A stretch of DNA of 64,000 nt from Candidatus Latescibacterota bacterium (lineage in GTDB: Bacteria; JAAXHH01): assembly GCA_022822725.1 (NCBI GenBank), contig JAJEAN010000007.1, positions 9,435-73,434 on the forward strand. Reading direction: 5' to 3'. Each line of letters starts with the position of its first letter. Positions within the stretch are counted from its first letter, which is position 1. Positions 28,639-38,580 of this stretch are shown here, piece by piece. A program made the translations under genes and the position numbers. The notes below the pieces were generated by a model that had not been told where the DNA came from, ran no database searches, and was given only the letters and a program-made list of their open reading frames with translations.

Positions 28639-28785
28639 CGCGTGGTACTTTCCATCGTATGTGTAACGGGAAGTCGGTTATTGGGAAATTGACAGGATGC
28701 CGGGCACCGGTTATGGTATACTATCGGTTTTGTATATTATACGGAGCACAAGGCATACAATCAAGTTGAATGAAAGGCGGATCCC

Positions 28786-29559
28786 ATGACCGGCGGGCAC
28801 CCCCATCCCTGGCGGGAAGGATGTGAAGGCGCCGTCTCCCTGACCTTTGACGACGGGATGCCGTCCCAGCTCGACCGGGCCCTGCCGATTCTGTCCGAAA
28901 ACGGCCTTCACGGCACGTTCTATGTCAATCCCCGCGGACCGGACTGGCGTGGGATGCTCGCGCCATGGAATGCCGTGGCGGACGCCGGGCACGAGGTGGG
29001 CAACCACACGGTGAATCACCCCTGTTCCTGCGCGTTCAAAGAGACCCGCACGGACTGCCTGGAGACGATGACCCTCGACGACATGGAGTGGGAGATCGGC
29101 GAGGGCCGGCGGCGCATCTCCGAAGCCATCCCGGGACAGGTGGATTTCACTTTCTGCTATCCCTGCTACCATGCCCACGTGGGCGAGGGGCCGGCCCGCC
29201 GGAGCTACGTTCCGGTCGTGGCCCGTCACCATATCGCCGGCCGGGGCAAAGGGGACTTCGCCAATCACCCCCTGACCGCCGATCTGCATCACCTCTATTC
29301 CTTTCCCGTGGAGCGTCAGGCCCGTTCCGGGATGATCGGTTTGGTCGAGGAGGCAATGCACCGGGGACAGTGGGCCGTGTTGACCTTTCACGGGATCTCG
29401 GAAGGGCATCTGTCCGTGACGGAGGCCGATTTCAGCGGGTTGTGCGGCTATCTGCGGGAACACCGCGACCGCATCTGGACCGCCCCGGTCGTCGCAGTCG
29501 CCCGGGCGGTGCGCGACTGGCGGTCCGCCGCGTCAGAGCAGTCCGGGAACGCATCGTGA
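28786..29559 (+). CDS. polysaccharide deacetylase (NodB homology domain)
   Basis: LTFDDG, HTVNHP, and FHGI motifs. Confidence 0.8.
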   Translation: MTGGHPHPWREGCEGAVSLTFDDGMPSQLDRALPILSENGLHGTFYVNPRGPDWRGMLAPWNAVADAGHEVGNHTVNHPCSCAFKETRTDCLETMTLDDMEWEIGEGRRRISEAIPGQVDFTFCYPCYHAHVGEGPARRSYVPVVARHHIAGRGKGDFANHPLTADLHHLYSFPVERQARSGMIGLVEEAMHRGQWAVLTFHGISEGHLSVTEADFSGLCGYLREHRDRIWTAPVVAVARAVRDWRSAASEQSGNAS

Positions 29560-29570
29560 CCTCCCGTCCG

Positions 29571-30521
29571 ATGGAATCCGGCACCGCCGATACCCGCCCC
29601 CTGCCGGTGCTCGTGGGTCCCACCGGCGTGGGAAAGACCGCCGTGGGCATTGAGCTGGCCCGGCGCTTCGGTGCGGAAATCATCTCGGCGGATTCCCGCC
29701 AGATATACCGGTACATGGATATCGGCACGGCCAAGCCCACCGCGGAAGAGCGGGCCGCGGCCCCCCATCACCTCATAGACGTCGTCGATCCCGATGTGCG
29801 GTTCAGCGCCGGCGAATACGGCCGCCTGGCCCGGGAAGCGATCCGGAAGCTTGCGGTGCGCGACGTGCCGGCCCTCGCGGTCGGAGGCGCGGGGCTGTAC
29901 ATTAAGGCGCTAGCCGGCGGACTGTTCGACGCGCCGGAAATCCCGCCGGCACTCAGGAGGCGCCTGGCGAACGAATACCGATCGGCGACCACCGCCGCGC
30001 TCCATGGAAGGCTGAGCGCTGTCGATCCGGCGTCCGCCGAGCGTATCCACGTGAACGACAGGCAACGTATCGAAAGGGCGCTGGAGGTCCACGACGCGAC
30101 GGGCGCGACCCTGACGTCATGGTTCGAAAGGCCCGTTCAGGCCCGATCCCGGGGGACGCGACTGATCGGGTTGCGCCGTGACCGCGCCGCACTTTATGCG
30201 CGTATTGACGCCAGGGTCGAGCAGATGATCGAATCGGGCTTGGAAGCGGAGGTCCGCGGACTGTCGGACCGGGGGTATGGTCCCGGGACCCATGCCATGT
30301 CGACGTTCGGATACGCGGAAATGCTGCGGTGCATCGGGGGCGAGCTGGAATTGGGGGAAGCAGTTTCTGCCATTCAGCAACGGTCCAGGCAGTACGCGAA
30401 GCGCCAGTTGACCTGGTTCAGGCAGACCGGGGGCATCGAATGGATCTCAGTAGACGAAGGAGAAAACCCGGCCGTCACCTGCGAGAAGATCATCCGGTCC
30501 TTCCCGGATAAGCTATTTTAG
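29571..30521 (+). CDS. miaA: tRNA dimethylallyltransferase
   Basis: LVGPTGVGKT P-loop and IISADSRQIYRYMDIGTAKP. A GTG at 29556 (GTGA overlap) is the alternative start. Confidence 0.9.
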   Translation: MESGTADTRPLPVLVGPTGVGKTAVGIELARRFGAEIISADSRQIYRYMDIGTAKPTAEERAAAPHHLIDVVDPDVRFSAGEYGRLAREAIRKLAVRDVPALAVGGAGLYIKALAGGLFDAPEIPPALRRRLANEYRSATTAALHGRLSAVDPASAERIHVNDRQRIERALEVHDATGATLTSWFERPVQARSRGTRLIGLRRDRAALYARIDARVEQMIESGLEAEVRGLSDRGYGPGTHAMSTFGYAEMLRCIGGELELGEAVSAIQQRSRQYAKRQLTWFRQTGGIEWISVDEGENPAVTCEKIIRSFPDKLF

Positions 30522-32327
30522 GAACAGCATCTTGCGCGTTACTTCGGAACGCTCCGCCGCCTCTCCGGTTGTCATCCGGCAAAGATAGACCCCGCTCGCA
30601 ACCCTTTTCCCTGCATCGTCTTTCCCGTCCCACGTGGTGGTGAACGTGCCCTCCGCATGGACGCCGTCCACCAGCGTGCGGACCTTCCGGCCCAGCACGT
30701 TGTACAGGGTGAGCTGAACCTCCCCCGGCCGTCCGACTTCGTACCGGACGGTGGCGGGTCCGCTATCCTGGTAGAAAGGATTGGGATACGTGGTGAGGGA
30801 CGCGGCGATCGGCCGACCTGCACGGTCGTCGCCCGTGAGACCGGGATCGAAGGCGGCTGTGTAAGCGTATTCGAAACCGTCTCCGGTGCGTTCGAGTGAC
30901 GCCACCACGAGCATGACGGTCTCGTACCGCGTCCAGTCGGGTATCTCGATGGTCACGCCTCCCCTGGTCGCGGGAACCGTCATCACCGTGTCGACCTCGC
31001 CGCTGGCCGCCACGGAGACACCCCACTCCCCGGTGATGCCCGTGAAGTCGATGCGCAGTCCGCCGGGAAGCGAGGGATCCGGGACGAAGCGTGTGTAATT
31101 GGCCGCGAGATGGGCCGGATACTGGTGGGCGGGGATACGGGGGCCGTCGAATACATACGTGCCCGATGCACCCTGGGGCACGGGCTCGTGCAGGCCGCTC
31201 AGCTCGACCGGGGGATAGGCGGCGCCTTCTTCGTGGAACCGGTCCGCGTTGGCCCGGTCCCCGGTAAAGACGTTCCAGGTGGTGAATTCCTGGAAGGCGG
31301 ACGCCAGGTCGCTGCCGACGCTGCGCAGTGCCTCGTCTATGGCGTCCAGCGCCCGGCTCGACCTGGCCCGTTCCCAGATGCTGCGGATCAGGTCCCTGTC
31401 GTGCCGCTTTTCCAGGTACAGCGGCCAGAGCACTCCCGCGTATTCGTGCTCCCCGTTCGAGGCATCGAGGGCGATCCAGGGTTCCGTCAGGAAACCGCTG
31501 AACGCAGGCAGGTAGGTCAGGTAATCGTCGACCTCGTCATAGACCTGCTCTTCCATCCACACGGCGCTTTGTTCCAGCCAGAAGGCCTCTTCCCCCGCGT
31601 CGTAGCCGAATTGCACGGCGTGGAAGTACTCGTGGGCGACGGTGATCCGCAGCAGGTCGAGCGCCTTCTCCACCGTCCTCCGGGACTCGGCGAAATCGTT
31701 GTCCACGACGATGTACGAAGGGAGGGACGCCCCGGTCGTGACCGCTTCCGGGCGGGTATAGCCACTGAACTGACTCGGGAGATCGGTTATATAGACGTCG
31801 TATAGCCCGTCCCCGCCATCGTCCGAATCCATCGCCACGTATCGATCGTGATGATCGTAGTCCACGGGCGGCGGACGGTATCCCAGTTCATCCACGATGA
31901 CGCGGCGGGATTCATCCAGGAATACCGCGCAGTGCCGGACATATTCGGGAACGTCGCCGTCCGCTCCGTCTTCGAGTTCTGGCCAGCCCGCGCCGGGCCG
32001 GTCGTCAGTCGTGGTGACGTACCAGATCTTGAAGTGGCCGCTGGGACTTACGTAGGAATCGGGTTCGGCCGTATAGGTATGCCCAAGGTTGTTCGTCCGG
32101 TCCGCTTCGCCGGGTACCGTGGGACGTCCCGGGCCGACCTGGTCGGGCCGGTGGGCCCGGGCGGCGAGCCCGCCCTGCGGTGGCTGGACGAAGGGATGAA
32201 GGTGCAGCGTACCGCAAATTGGCCTGGCAGGTTCCTGGGCGGATACGCCGGCGTGGGCGACCGCACCGGCGATACAGGCCAGGAAAAGACGCTTGAAGAA
32301 CGGAAAGGCAGGAGAACTACGATCCAT
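30513..32327 (-). CDS. secreted gluzincin metallopeptidase (HEYFH...E) with T9SS C-terminal sorting domain
   Basis: Signal peptide MDRSSPAFPFFKRLFLACIAGAVAHAGVSA, then HEYFHAVQFGY plus a downstream Glu. The C-terminal roughly 80 aa (YPNPFY...LTLYNVLGRKV...SGVYLCRM...KMLFLK) match the T9SS type-A CTD. Confidence 0.75.
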   Translation of the reverse strand: MDRSSPAFPFFKRLFLACIAGAVAHAGVSAQEPARPICGTLHLHPFVQPPQGGLAARAHRPDQVGPGRPTVPGEADRTNNLGHTYTAEPDSYVSPSGHFKIWYVTTTDDRPGAGWPELEDGADGDVPEYVRHCAVFLDESRRVIVDELGYRPPPVDYDHHDRYVAMDSDDGGDGLYDVYITDLPSQFSGYTRPEAVTTGASLPSYIVVDNDFAESRRTVEKALDLLRITVAHEYFHAVQFGYDAGEEAFWLEQSAVWMEEQVYDEVDDYLTYLPAFSGFLTEPWIALDASNGEHEYAGVLWPLYLEKRHDRDLIRSIWERARSSRALDAIDEALRSVGSDLASAFQEFTTWNVFTGDRANADRFHEEGAAYPPVELSGLHEPVPQGASGTYVFDGPRIPAHQYPAHLAANYTRFVPDPSLPGGLRIDFTGITGEWGVSVAASGEVDTVMTVPATRGGVTIEIPDWTRYETVMLVVASLERTGDGFEYAYTAAFDPGLTGDDRAGRPIAASLTTYPNPFYQDSGPATVRYEVGRPGEVQLTLYNVLGRKVRTLVDGVHAEGTFTTTWDGKDDAGKRVASGVYLCRMTTGEAAERSEVTRKMLFLK

Positions 32328-32396
32328 GTGCTTCGGCCGGTGCGGCACAAACCGCCGGCCGCCAGATGGAGGGGAGGACTCGGGGCGTCCCGGCGA

Positions 32397-33188
32397 TCAG
32401 CTTCCCGATGCCTCCTCGCGCTGGTGCTTGGGTGGAATGGGGAAGCGTTCCGCGTAATGGGACAGATCCTTGCCCGCGATCAGGTCTTCCAGGATATCGT
32501 CGTGCTGGTCCCAGTGTTGGTCGTTGGGGTGGACGTCCAGCTTGATGCGCCCCTCGCTGTCGATCAGATAGGTGACGGGAATGCCGTACCGCTGGTTGGT
32601 CTTGGCACGGAACTGGCGTTCCCAGTAGCCGCGGAAATCGAAAAGGGAGGTCGGGCTGGTCATATAATACGCGATGACATCTTCGTTCCGCGCCGCGACC
32701 CCGGCCATTTTCTCCGGATCGTTCTTTTCCGATTCGTCGGAGGGTCGAACCAGCCTGGCCGCCTGAAGTCCTTGCTGGAATCGCTCCAGTCCGGGACCGA
32801 AGCCTGCCTCGAATTCCGCGGGATCGAGCGGTTCTTCATCCCTGTAGAATCTATTTACGCCGACGAACAGAAAGTCGATTCGTCCTTCGTATTTCGCCGC
32901 GATGTGCATAAAGGGTTCCGCATCCCTGATGCAGGGCGGGCACCACCAGGCCCAGAAGTTCACGAACAGGGGCCGACCCCGAAAGTCCTCCAGGGTTACC
33001 TTCGATCCATCCATGGCATACACTTCGAAGTTGGGTGCCGTCTGCCCGATCTCCGTACCGATCATTTCGGTGCTGACGGCCGGGGCTTCCTCCTCGACGG
33101 ACGTCCCGCTGCATGCGATTCCGAGCATTCCGGCAAGCAGGCCCGACATCAGGAGCGTTCGATTCATTTCTTTTATTATGCGCCGCAT
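32397..33188 (-). CDS. TlpA/ResA-family thiol-disulfide oxidoreductase lipoprotein
   Basis: Lipobox GIACSG and thioredoxin motif WAWWCPPC. Confidence 0.8.
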   Translation of the reverse strand: MRRIIKEMNRTLLMSGLLAGMLGIACSGTSVEEEAPAVSTEMIGTEIGQTAPNFEVYAMDGSKVTLEDFRGRPLFVNFWAWWCPPCIRDAEPFMHIAAKYEGRIDFLFVGVNRFYRDEEPLDPAEFEAGFGPGLERFQQGLQAARLVRPSDESEKNDPEKMAGVAARNEDVIAYYMTSPTSLFDFRGYWERQFRAKTNQRYGIPVTYLIDSEGRIKLDVHPNDQHWDQHDDILEDLIAGKDLSHYAERFPIPPKHQREEASGS

Positions 33189-33313
33189 ACGTTCGCCTCA
33201 CTCTGGGATAAAGTAAGCGGAAGGCTTTGGAAATATCCGAATGTCGATGGTTCCCGATTAACTTCAGTAAGTTTACCGGAATTGTCAACAACTATTTTAA
33301 TTGCCGCGAACGG

Positions 33314-33937
33314 TCACAGGCCGCCGAGGGCCTTTTCGAACTTTCCGACGGCCGCGGGTATATCGGGTCTTGAAAGCACCGCCGAGATCGCGGCGACGCC
33401 GTGGGCACCCGCTTCCATGCACTCCTTCGTGCGGCCGGGGGTCACGCCACCCAGGGCAAACACCGGGATCGTTACCGAGCCGGCGGCTTCCGCGAGCGCC
33501 TGAATCCCCCGGGGTGGACCATATCCGGCCTTCGACGGCGTATCGTATACCGGTCCGTACGTGACGAAGTCGGCCCCTTCCGCCTCCGCGGCGCGTGCGC
33601 TTTCCGTGCCGTGGGTCGATCTGCCGATCAGGATGCCGGCGGGGAGCGCTTCGCGTGCCTCGCGGACCGGCATGGCGCTTTCCGGCAGGTGGACGCCCTG
33701 CGCTCCGCAGGCCGCGGCGACCTCCAGATTGCCGTTGACCATCAATACGGGCCGAAGCGGTCCGAGCTCCGCCTGCACCTCCCTGGTCAATGCCAGAAGG
33801 TCCGGGGTCTTCAGGTCTTTCTCCCTGATCTGGACAGCGCGGACGCCCGCGTGGCAGGCCTGGCGCAACGCCGACGGGAGCGATCGTCCCGCGCACAGGG
33901 TCCGATCGCCGATCAGATAGAACCTGAAGTCAACCAT
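33314..33937 (-). CDS. thiE: thiamine-phosphate synthase
   Basis: MVDFRFYLIGDR start. The upstream 115 aa of the listed ORF are artefact. Confidence 0.85.
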   Translation of the reverse strand: MVDFRFYLIGDRTLCAGRSLPSALRQACHAGVRAVQIREKDLKTPDLLALTREVQAELGPLRPVLMVNGNLEVAAACGAQGVHLPESAMPVREAREALPAGILIGRSTHGTESARAAEAEGADFVTYGPVYDTPSKAGYGPPRGIQALAEAAGSVTIPVFALGGVTPGRTKECMEAGAHGVAAISAVLSRPDIPAAVGKFEKALGGL

Positions 33938-33942
33938 GGAGG

Positions 33943-34725
<783 letters not shown>

Positions 34726-34790
34726 GTTGGTCTGCTCCTTTGCCTGTACGGTCCACTGCCTGTACGGTCCACGACCGCTGTGTATAGCCG

Positions 34791-34991
34791 TCACCCACCC
34801 GCTACCGCCCGGATCACCTCGACCACGTCATCATCGACGAGTATGGCCGTGCCGTGGTCCTTCCTCGGGACGACCGCTCCGTTGAGGGCCACGGCGGTCC
34901 CTTCGGAAGGCACGCCCAGTTCCTTCAGCAGGTCGGCGATGCTCATTTCTCCGGACAGTTTCCTGTTCGTTCCGTTAACGGTCACGTTCAT
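34791..34991 (-). CDS. thiS: sulfur carrier protein ThiS
   Basis: 66 aa ending in GG. Confidence 0.85.
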   Translation of the reverse strand: MNVTVNGTNRKLSGEMSIADLLKELGVPSEGTAVALNGAVVPRKDHGTAILVDDDVVEVIRAVAGG

Positions 34992-36150
34992 CGCTGGTCT
35001 CTCCGTCTCTGGCGGGGTAAAACCGGTCGGGCAGAAAGGGCCGCATGATGGAAGGAACCCGGTCGTGCAGAATGGTCTCGGCGAGCAGGTCTCCGGTCAG
35101 CGGCGCCAGTAGTATGCCGTTCCGGCCATGCCCCGTGGCCGCGAACAGGCCGGGCGTCCCCGTGGCGCCTAGCACGGGCCATCCGTCCCGCGTCACCGGC
35201 CGCAGTCCCGACCAGGTGGAATCCAGGGCCCAGGACTTCAGGCCGGGCGCAAGTTCGAGAGCGTCGCGGAACAATTGCATGACGCCGCCCAGCGTGACTT
35301 CGTCCCGGAATCCGGTTTCCTCCACGGTAGCGCCGATGATCAACCGCCCGTCCGATCGGGGCACAAGGTATGCGCCGCTGGTATAGATCGTATGATGGAA
35401 CGGCGGCGCGGTGCCTGCCTTCAGCGCGAGGATCTGCCCACGAACCGGTCGGACGGGGATACGGTCGGTGGGCGCTATGCCGTCCAGGTAGCGCGCCCGG
35501 CAACCCATGGCGTTCACCACCGTATGAGCTTTCCAGATGCCTTCGGAGGTATCTACTCCAGAGACACGGTGGCCCTCCAGCAGGATCTTCCGCGCGGCAA
35601 CGCCTTCACGGATCACGCCGCCGCCCCGCTGGACCGATTGCGCAAGGGCCGTAACGACGTCCCGGTTTTCGACCTGGTGGTCGTCCGGGTAGCGCAGCGC
35701 CATGCGGATTCCGTTCGTCAGATTCGGCTCGAGGCGCCGCGCTTCCCGTACGTTCAAGCGCTCCACGGGTACGCCGTCGCAGCGATGCCGTTCATATCGC
35801 GTTTCCAGTTGCGCCTGTCCCCGGTCGCTCAATGCCGGAAGCATCGCACCGGCCGCGTTGTACTCGATCGGGCATCCGGTTTCTTCCCTGAGCGTTTCGA
35901 TGAAACCGGCGTAGCGTGCCAGTCCGGTCCTGCACAGTTCGAAATAGGGATCGGGTTCATCGAATTCGCAGTGGGGCGCGAGCATGCCCGCGGCGGCCCA
36001 GGACGCACCGCGGCCGGTCCGGTGCCGTTCCAATACCGTGACCGCGTTGCCGGCAAGACACAGCCGTCTCGCCACGGCCAGACCGATGATCCCGCCGCCG
36101 ATGACCACAATGTCCGATCGCTGCGCCACGGGACTCCGCCACTTCCTCAC
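34975..36150 (-). CDS. thiO: glycine oxidase (FAD-dependent)
   Basis: DIVVIGGGIIGLAVA dinucleotide-binding motif. GTG start. Confidence 0.85.
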   Translation of the reverse strand: MRKWRSPVAQRSDIVVIGGGIIGLAVARRLCLAGNAVTVLERHRTGRGASWAAAGMLAPHCEFDEPDPYFELCRTGLARYAGFIETLREETGCPIEYNAAGAMLPALSDRGQAQLETRYERHRCDGVPVERLNVREARRLEPNLTNGIRMALRYPDDHQVENRDVVTALAQSVQRGGGVIREGVAARKILLEGHRVSGVDTSEGIWKAHTVVNAMGCRARYLDGIAPTDRIPVRPVRGQILALKAGTAPPFHHTIYTSGAYLVPRSDGRLIIGATVEETGFRDEVTLGGVMQLFRDALELAPGLKSWALDSTWSGLRPVTRDGWPVLGATGTPGLFAATGHGRNGILLAPLTGDLLAETILHDRVPSIMRPFLPDRFYPARDGETSDERDR

Positions 36151-36159
36151 CGCAAAAAG

Positions 36160-36272
36160 AAAAAGCCGCTTCTTGGCGAAACGGCCTCATTCAGCCGTTT
36201 CCCTACGCTGGCATAACCCAGGTCAGGTTCGAAGGGTCGTGATTCTCAGGCTCGCGAGGAGCCGCCCCTAAC
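36160..36272 (-). ncRNA. TPP riboswitch (THI element) with terminator-type expression platform
   Basis: The minus strand reads GGGGCGGCUCCUCGCGAGCCUGAGAAUCACGACCCUUCGAACCUGACCUGGGUUAUGCCAGCGUAGGGAAACGG. It carries the CUGAGA, ACCCUU-GAACCUGA-CUGG-UAAUGCCAGCG-AGGGAA consensus blocks, followed by a hairpin and a UUUUUCUUUUU run just before the thiO GTG. Confidence 0.9.
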
Positions 36273-36358
36273 GGTAACAGGAAGTGTATGGAAAGTGGGC
36301 GGCCGTGTCAACGGAATCTTCCGCATGCGCGATTCCGCCGCCCGCCCGGGCCGCCCGG

Positions 36359-38548
36359 TCAGACCAACCCTAGGTACCTCCGGTAGAACCATTCCGCCGC
36401 GAGCAGGCAGACCAGCAACGCCAGCACGCCGGGATGGTTCCACAGCGGGACGGTGCGCGTCTCCTGCACGGTGACCTCGTCCAGCTCGATATCGCCGGCC
36501 ATGCGATCGATCTCCGACGGCAGGTAGAAACCGCCGCCCGTCATATCGGCCAGCCGGACCAGCAGTTCCCTGTTCATGCGGGTTCTCTCGAATTCGGCGC
36601 CGGCCTCACCCACGACGAATCCCCCCTGGTCGGTCCCGATCGGCAGTCCGTTCAGCGCGGCGGTCGCTTCGAACGTATATGCGCCCGCGGGCAGAAACTG
36701 GAGGCGTCCCGCATATCGGCCGAACCCCTGGCCCGTCGAAGTAAGGTTTATCTGGAGCGCCTCCGCTTCATCCTGCGACGGCCGAACGAACACGGTCAGT
36801 TCGGCCCCTTCGACCGGTCGGTAGTTCTCATCGTAGAGCTGACCGTCGAAGCGGATCGTCTCACCGCCGCGGTACTGAAGCTTGTCCGAAACGACGCGTA
36901 TCCTGCGACTGCCCTCGCGCACGGTAATCCACCTTACGGCGTTGTTCCAGAATCGCTCGTACGCCGCGTTTGTCCCGGCGCTGCCCCACATCATCAGGTC
37001 CCAGCGCCACAGGCCCTGGGCGGCGATACCGAGTACCCGGCCCTGCCCGAAACGATGCTCGGCGATGACCGGCGTGCGCTCGTCTTCGGTCCGCCAGGTC
37101 GGATGCCTGGCGAGTACCGTCGCACCGGGTTTCGCGCGTCCGACCTGGTTCATGCCGGGCAGTGGCGGCAGTTCCAGCCAGCGCCGCTCCGATTCGGCCG
37201 GGTCATCATCCAGACGGGTGATCGGATGGGTGCGGCCGTCTGCCGTCAGGTCCGGAACGAAGGCCTCTTCGGAAAGGCCCCTGGCCATCGTTCCGATGCC
37301 AAAGGGCATCAGGTCTCCGACGGGCGTTCCGGCGTACCCGCCCATTTCAAAACTGTGCGGTCCGCCGAGGGCGATCAGTCCGCCGCCCCTTTCCTCGACG
37401 AAGGCCACCAGGAATGGCGCCCACGGCCGGATGCGTTCATAGTCCACGCTGCCCAGGATGACGAGGTCATAGGAGAACCATTCTGTCCGCGAAGCGGGCA
37501 TGGGTTCCGGAAAGGTCCGTCCGTCGGGCCGGAGCAGGATGCTGGACACTTCCAGATTGGCGTCCTTTTCCATCGAGCGCCTCAGGAAGCCCATGTCGGC
37601 GCGGGATGCGCCTTCGATATACAGCACCCGCAACCGGGATTTCAGCACCTTGATCGCGAATTCACGGCGGTTGTTCTCTGCGGTGATCTCGCCATCCAGT
37701 TCGGGTACTTCCACCTGGTAACGGTGAACGCCTTCGGTCTCGGGGACGACGTGGAAAACTACGGTCCATTCCTCTTCCCGACCATCGAGCGTGACTTCCT
37801 CGCTGCGGAGGATGCGGCCCTCTTCCCGCAGGGTGACGGGTATGCGCACGCTGCCGTACCCCCTGCCGCGCACGCCGATTTCCACGGGGACGTTGCTCCT
37901 GGTGTATACCACTTCGTTAACCGCCAAATGGGCTACGCTGATATCCCGGACGCCCAGCGTGTCGCCGATGCCGACCGTGTATACGGGCATATCGAGATCA
38001 TCGGCGACGCTGAGCGGATCGCGCCCGGCGGTGAAATTCCCGTCGGTGACCAGGATGGCGGCAGAGTAACGGTCGGCGCCGGAACCGCCCTCGAGAAAGG
38101 ACATGGCGCCACCGATGTCGGTGCCCGTGCCGTCTGCGGCCAGCGAATCGGTCACGCTTTCGGGCAGAGGTGCAAGGTCTTCCGCGAACCGGTAGCGATG
38201 GACGCGGTGGCGGGTTTCCAGGATATGCATCGCGTCACCGGAAAGGACCGAGGCCAGGACTTCGCTCCGCCTGCCCATCCGGTCCGTCAGGCCCATGCTC
38301 GCCGAGGTGTCGACAAGCACGGCCAGGCGAGGCGACTCGGTCCTTTCCAGCACCATTCTCGAGACAGGATCGCTCAGGACAGCCAGCGCCACGGCGGCCG
38401 CCGCGATCCGCAGGGCGATGAGACCCCAGGCCGCGGACGGCGACAGCAGGCTGAACAGCCGCCGGGAAAGCCCGTAGATCAGGATCCCGGCGAGGACGAA
38501 GGCGATGAGGATCCAGATAAGGGAATCCGTCTGGATATCCACGGGCAT
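36359..38548 (-). CDS. von Willebrand factor A (VWA) domain membrane protein with N-terminal double-TM anchor and C-terminal TM
   Basis: Two N-terminal TM helices, a MIDAS motif DTSASM, and a C-terminal TM (GVLALLVCLLAAEWFY). Confidence 0.65.
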   Translation of the reverse strand: MPVDIQTDSLIWILIAFVLAGILIYGLSRRLFSLLSPSAAWGLIALRIAAAAVALAVLSDPVSRMVLERTESPRLAVLVDTSASMGLTDRMGRRSEVLASVLSGDAMHILETRHRVHRYRFAEDLAPLPESVTDSLAADGTGTDIGGAMSFLEGGSGADRYSAAILVTDGNFTAGRDPLSVADDLDMPVYTVGIGDTLGVRDISVAHLAVNEVVYTRSNVPVEIGVRGRGYGSVRIPVTLREEGRILRSEEVTLDGREEEWTVVFHVVPETEGVHRYQVEVPELDGEITAENNRREFAIKVLKSRLRVLYIEGASRADMGFLRRSMEKDANLEVSSILLRPDGRTFPEPMPASRTEWFSYDLVILGSVDYERIRPWAPFLVAFVEERGGGLIALGGPHSFEMGGYAGTPVGDLMPFGIGTMARGLSEEAFVPDLTADGRTHPITRLDDDPAESERRWLELPPLPGMNQVGRAKPGATVLARHPTWRTEDERTPVIAEHRFGQGRVLGIAAQGLWRWDLMMWGSAGTNAAYERFWNNAVRWITVREGSRRIRVVSDKLQYRGGETIRFDGQLYDENYRPVEGAELTVFVRPSQDEAEALQINLTSTGQGFGRYAGRLQFLPAGAYTFEATAALNGLPIGTDQGGFVVGEAGAEFERTRMNRELLVRLADMTGGGFYLPSEIDRMAGDIELDEVTVQETRTVPLWNHPGVLALLVCLLAAEWFYRRYLGLV

Positions 38549-38580
38549 AGAGGAGTTCCGGTGTTAACGATCGGGTTTGT

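Noticed and set aside
29556-30521. Repeated GTGA/ATGA start-stop overlaps (arsR/arsC, deacetylase/miaA, ubiA/ubiE/ubiX/nth) as an unusual feature
   Set aside because: Four-nucleotide start/stop overlaps are the most common form of translational coupling in bacteria. They are noted only as support for operon calls.
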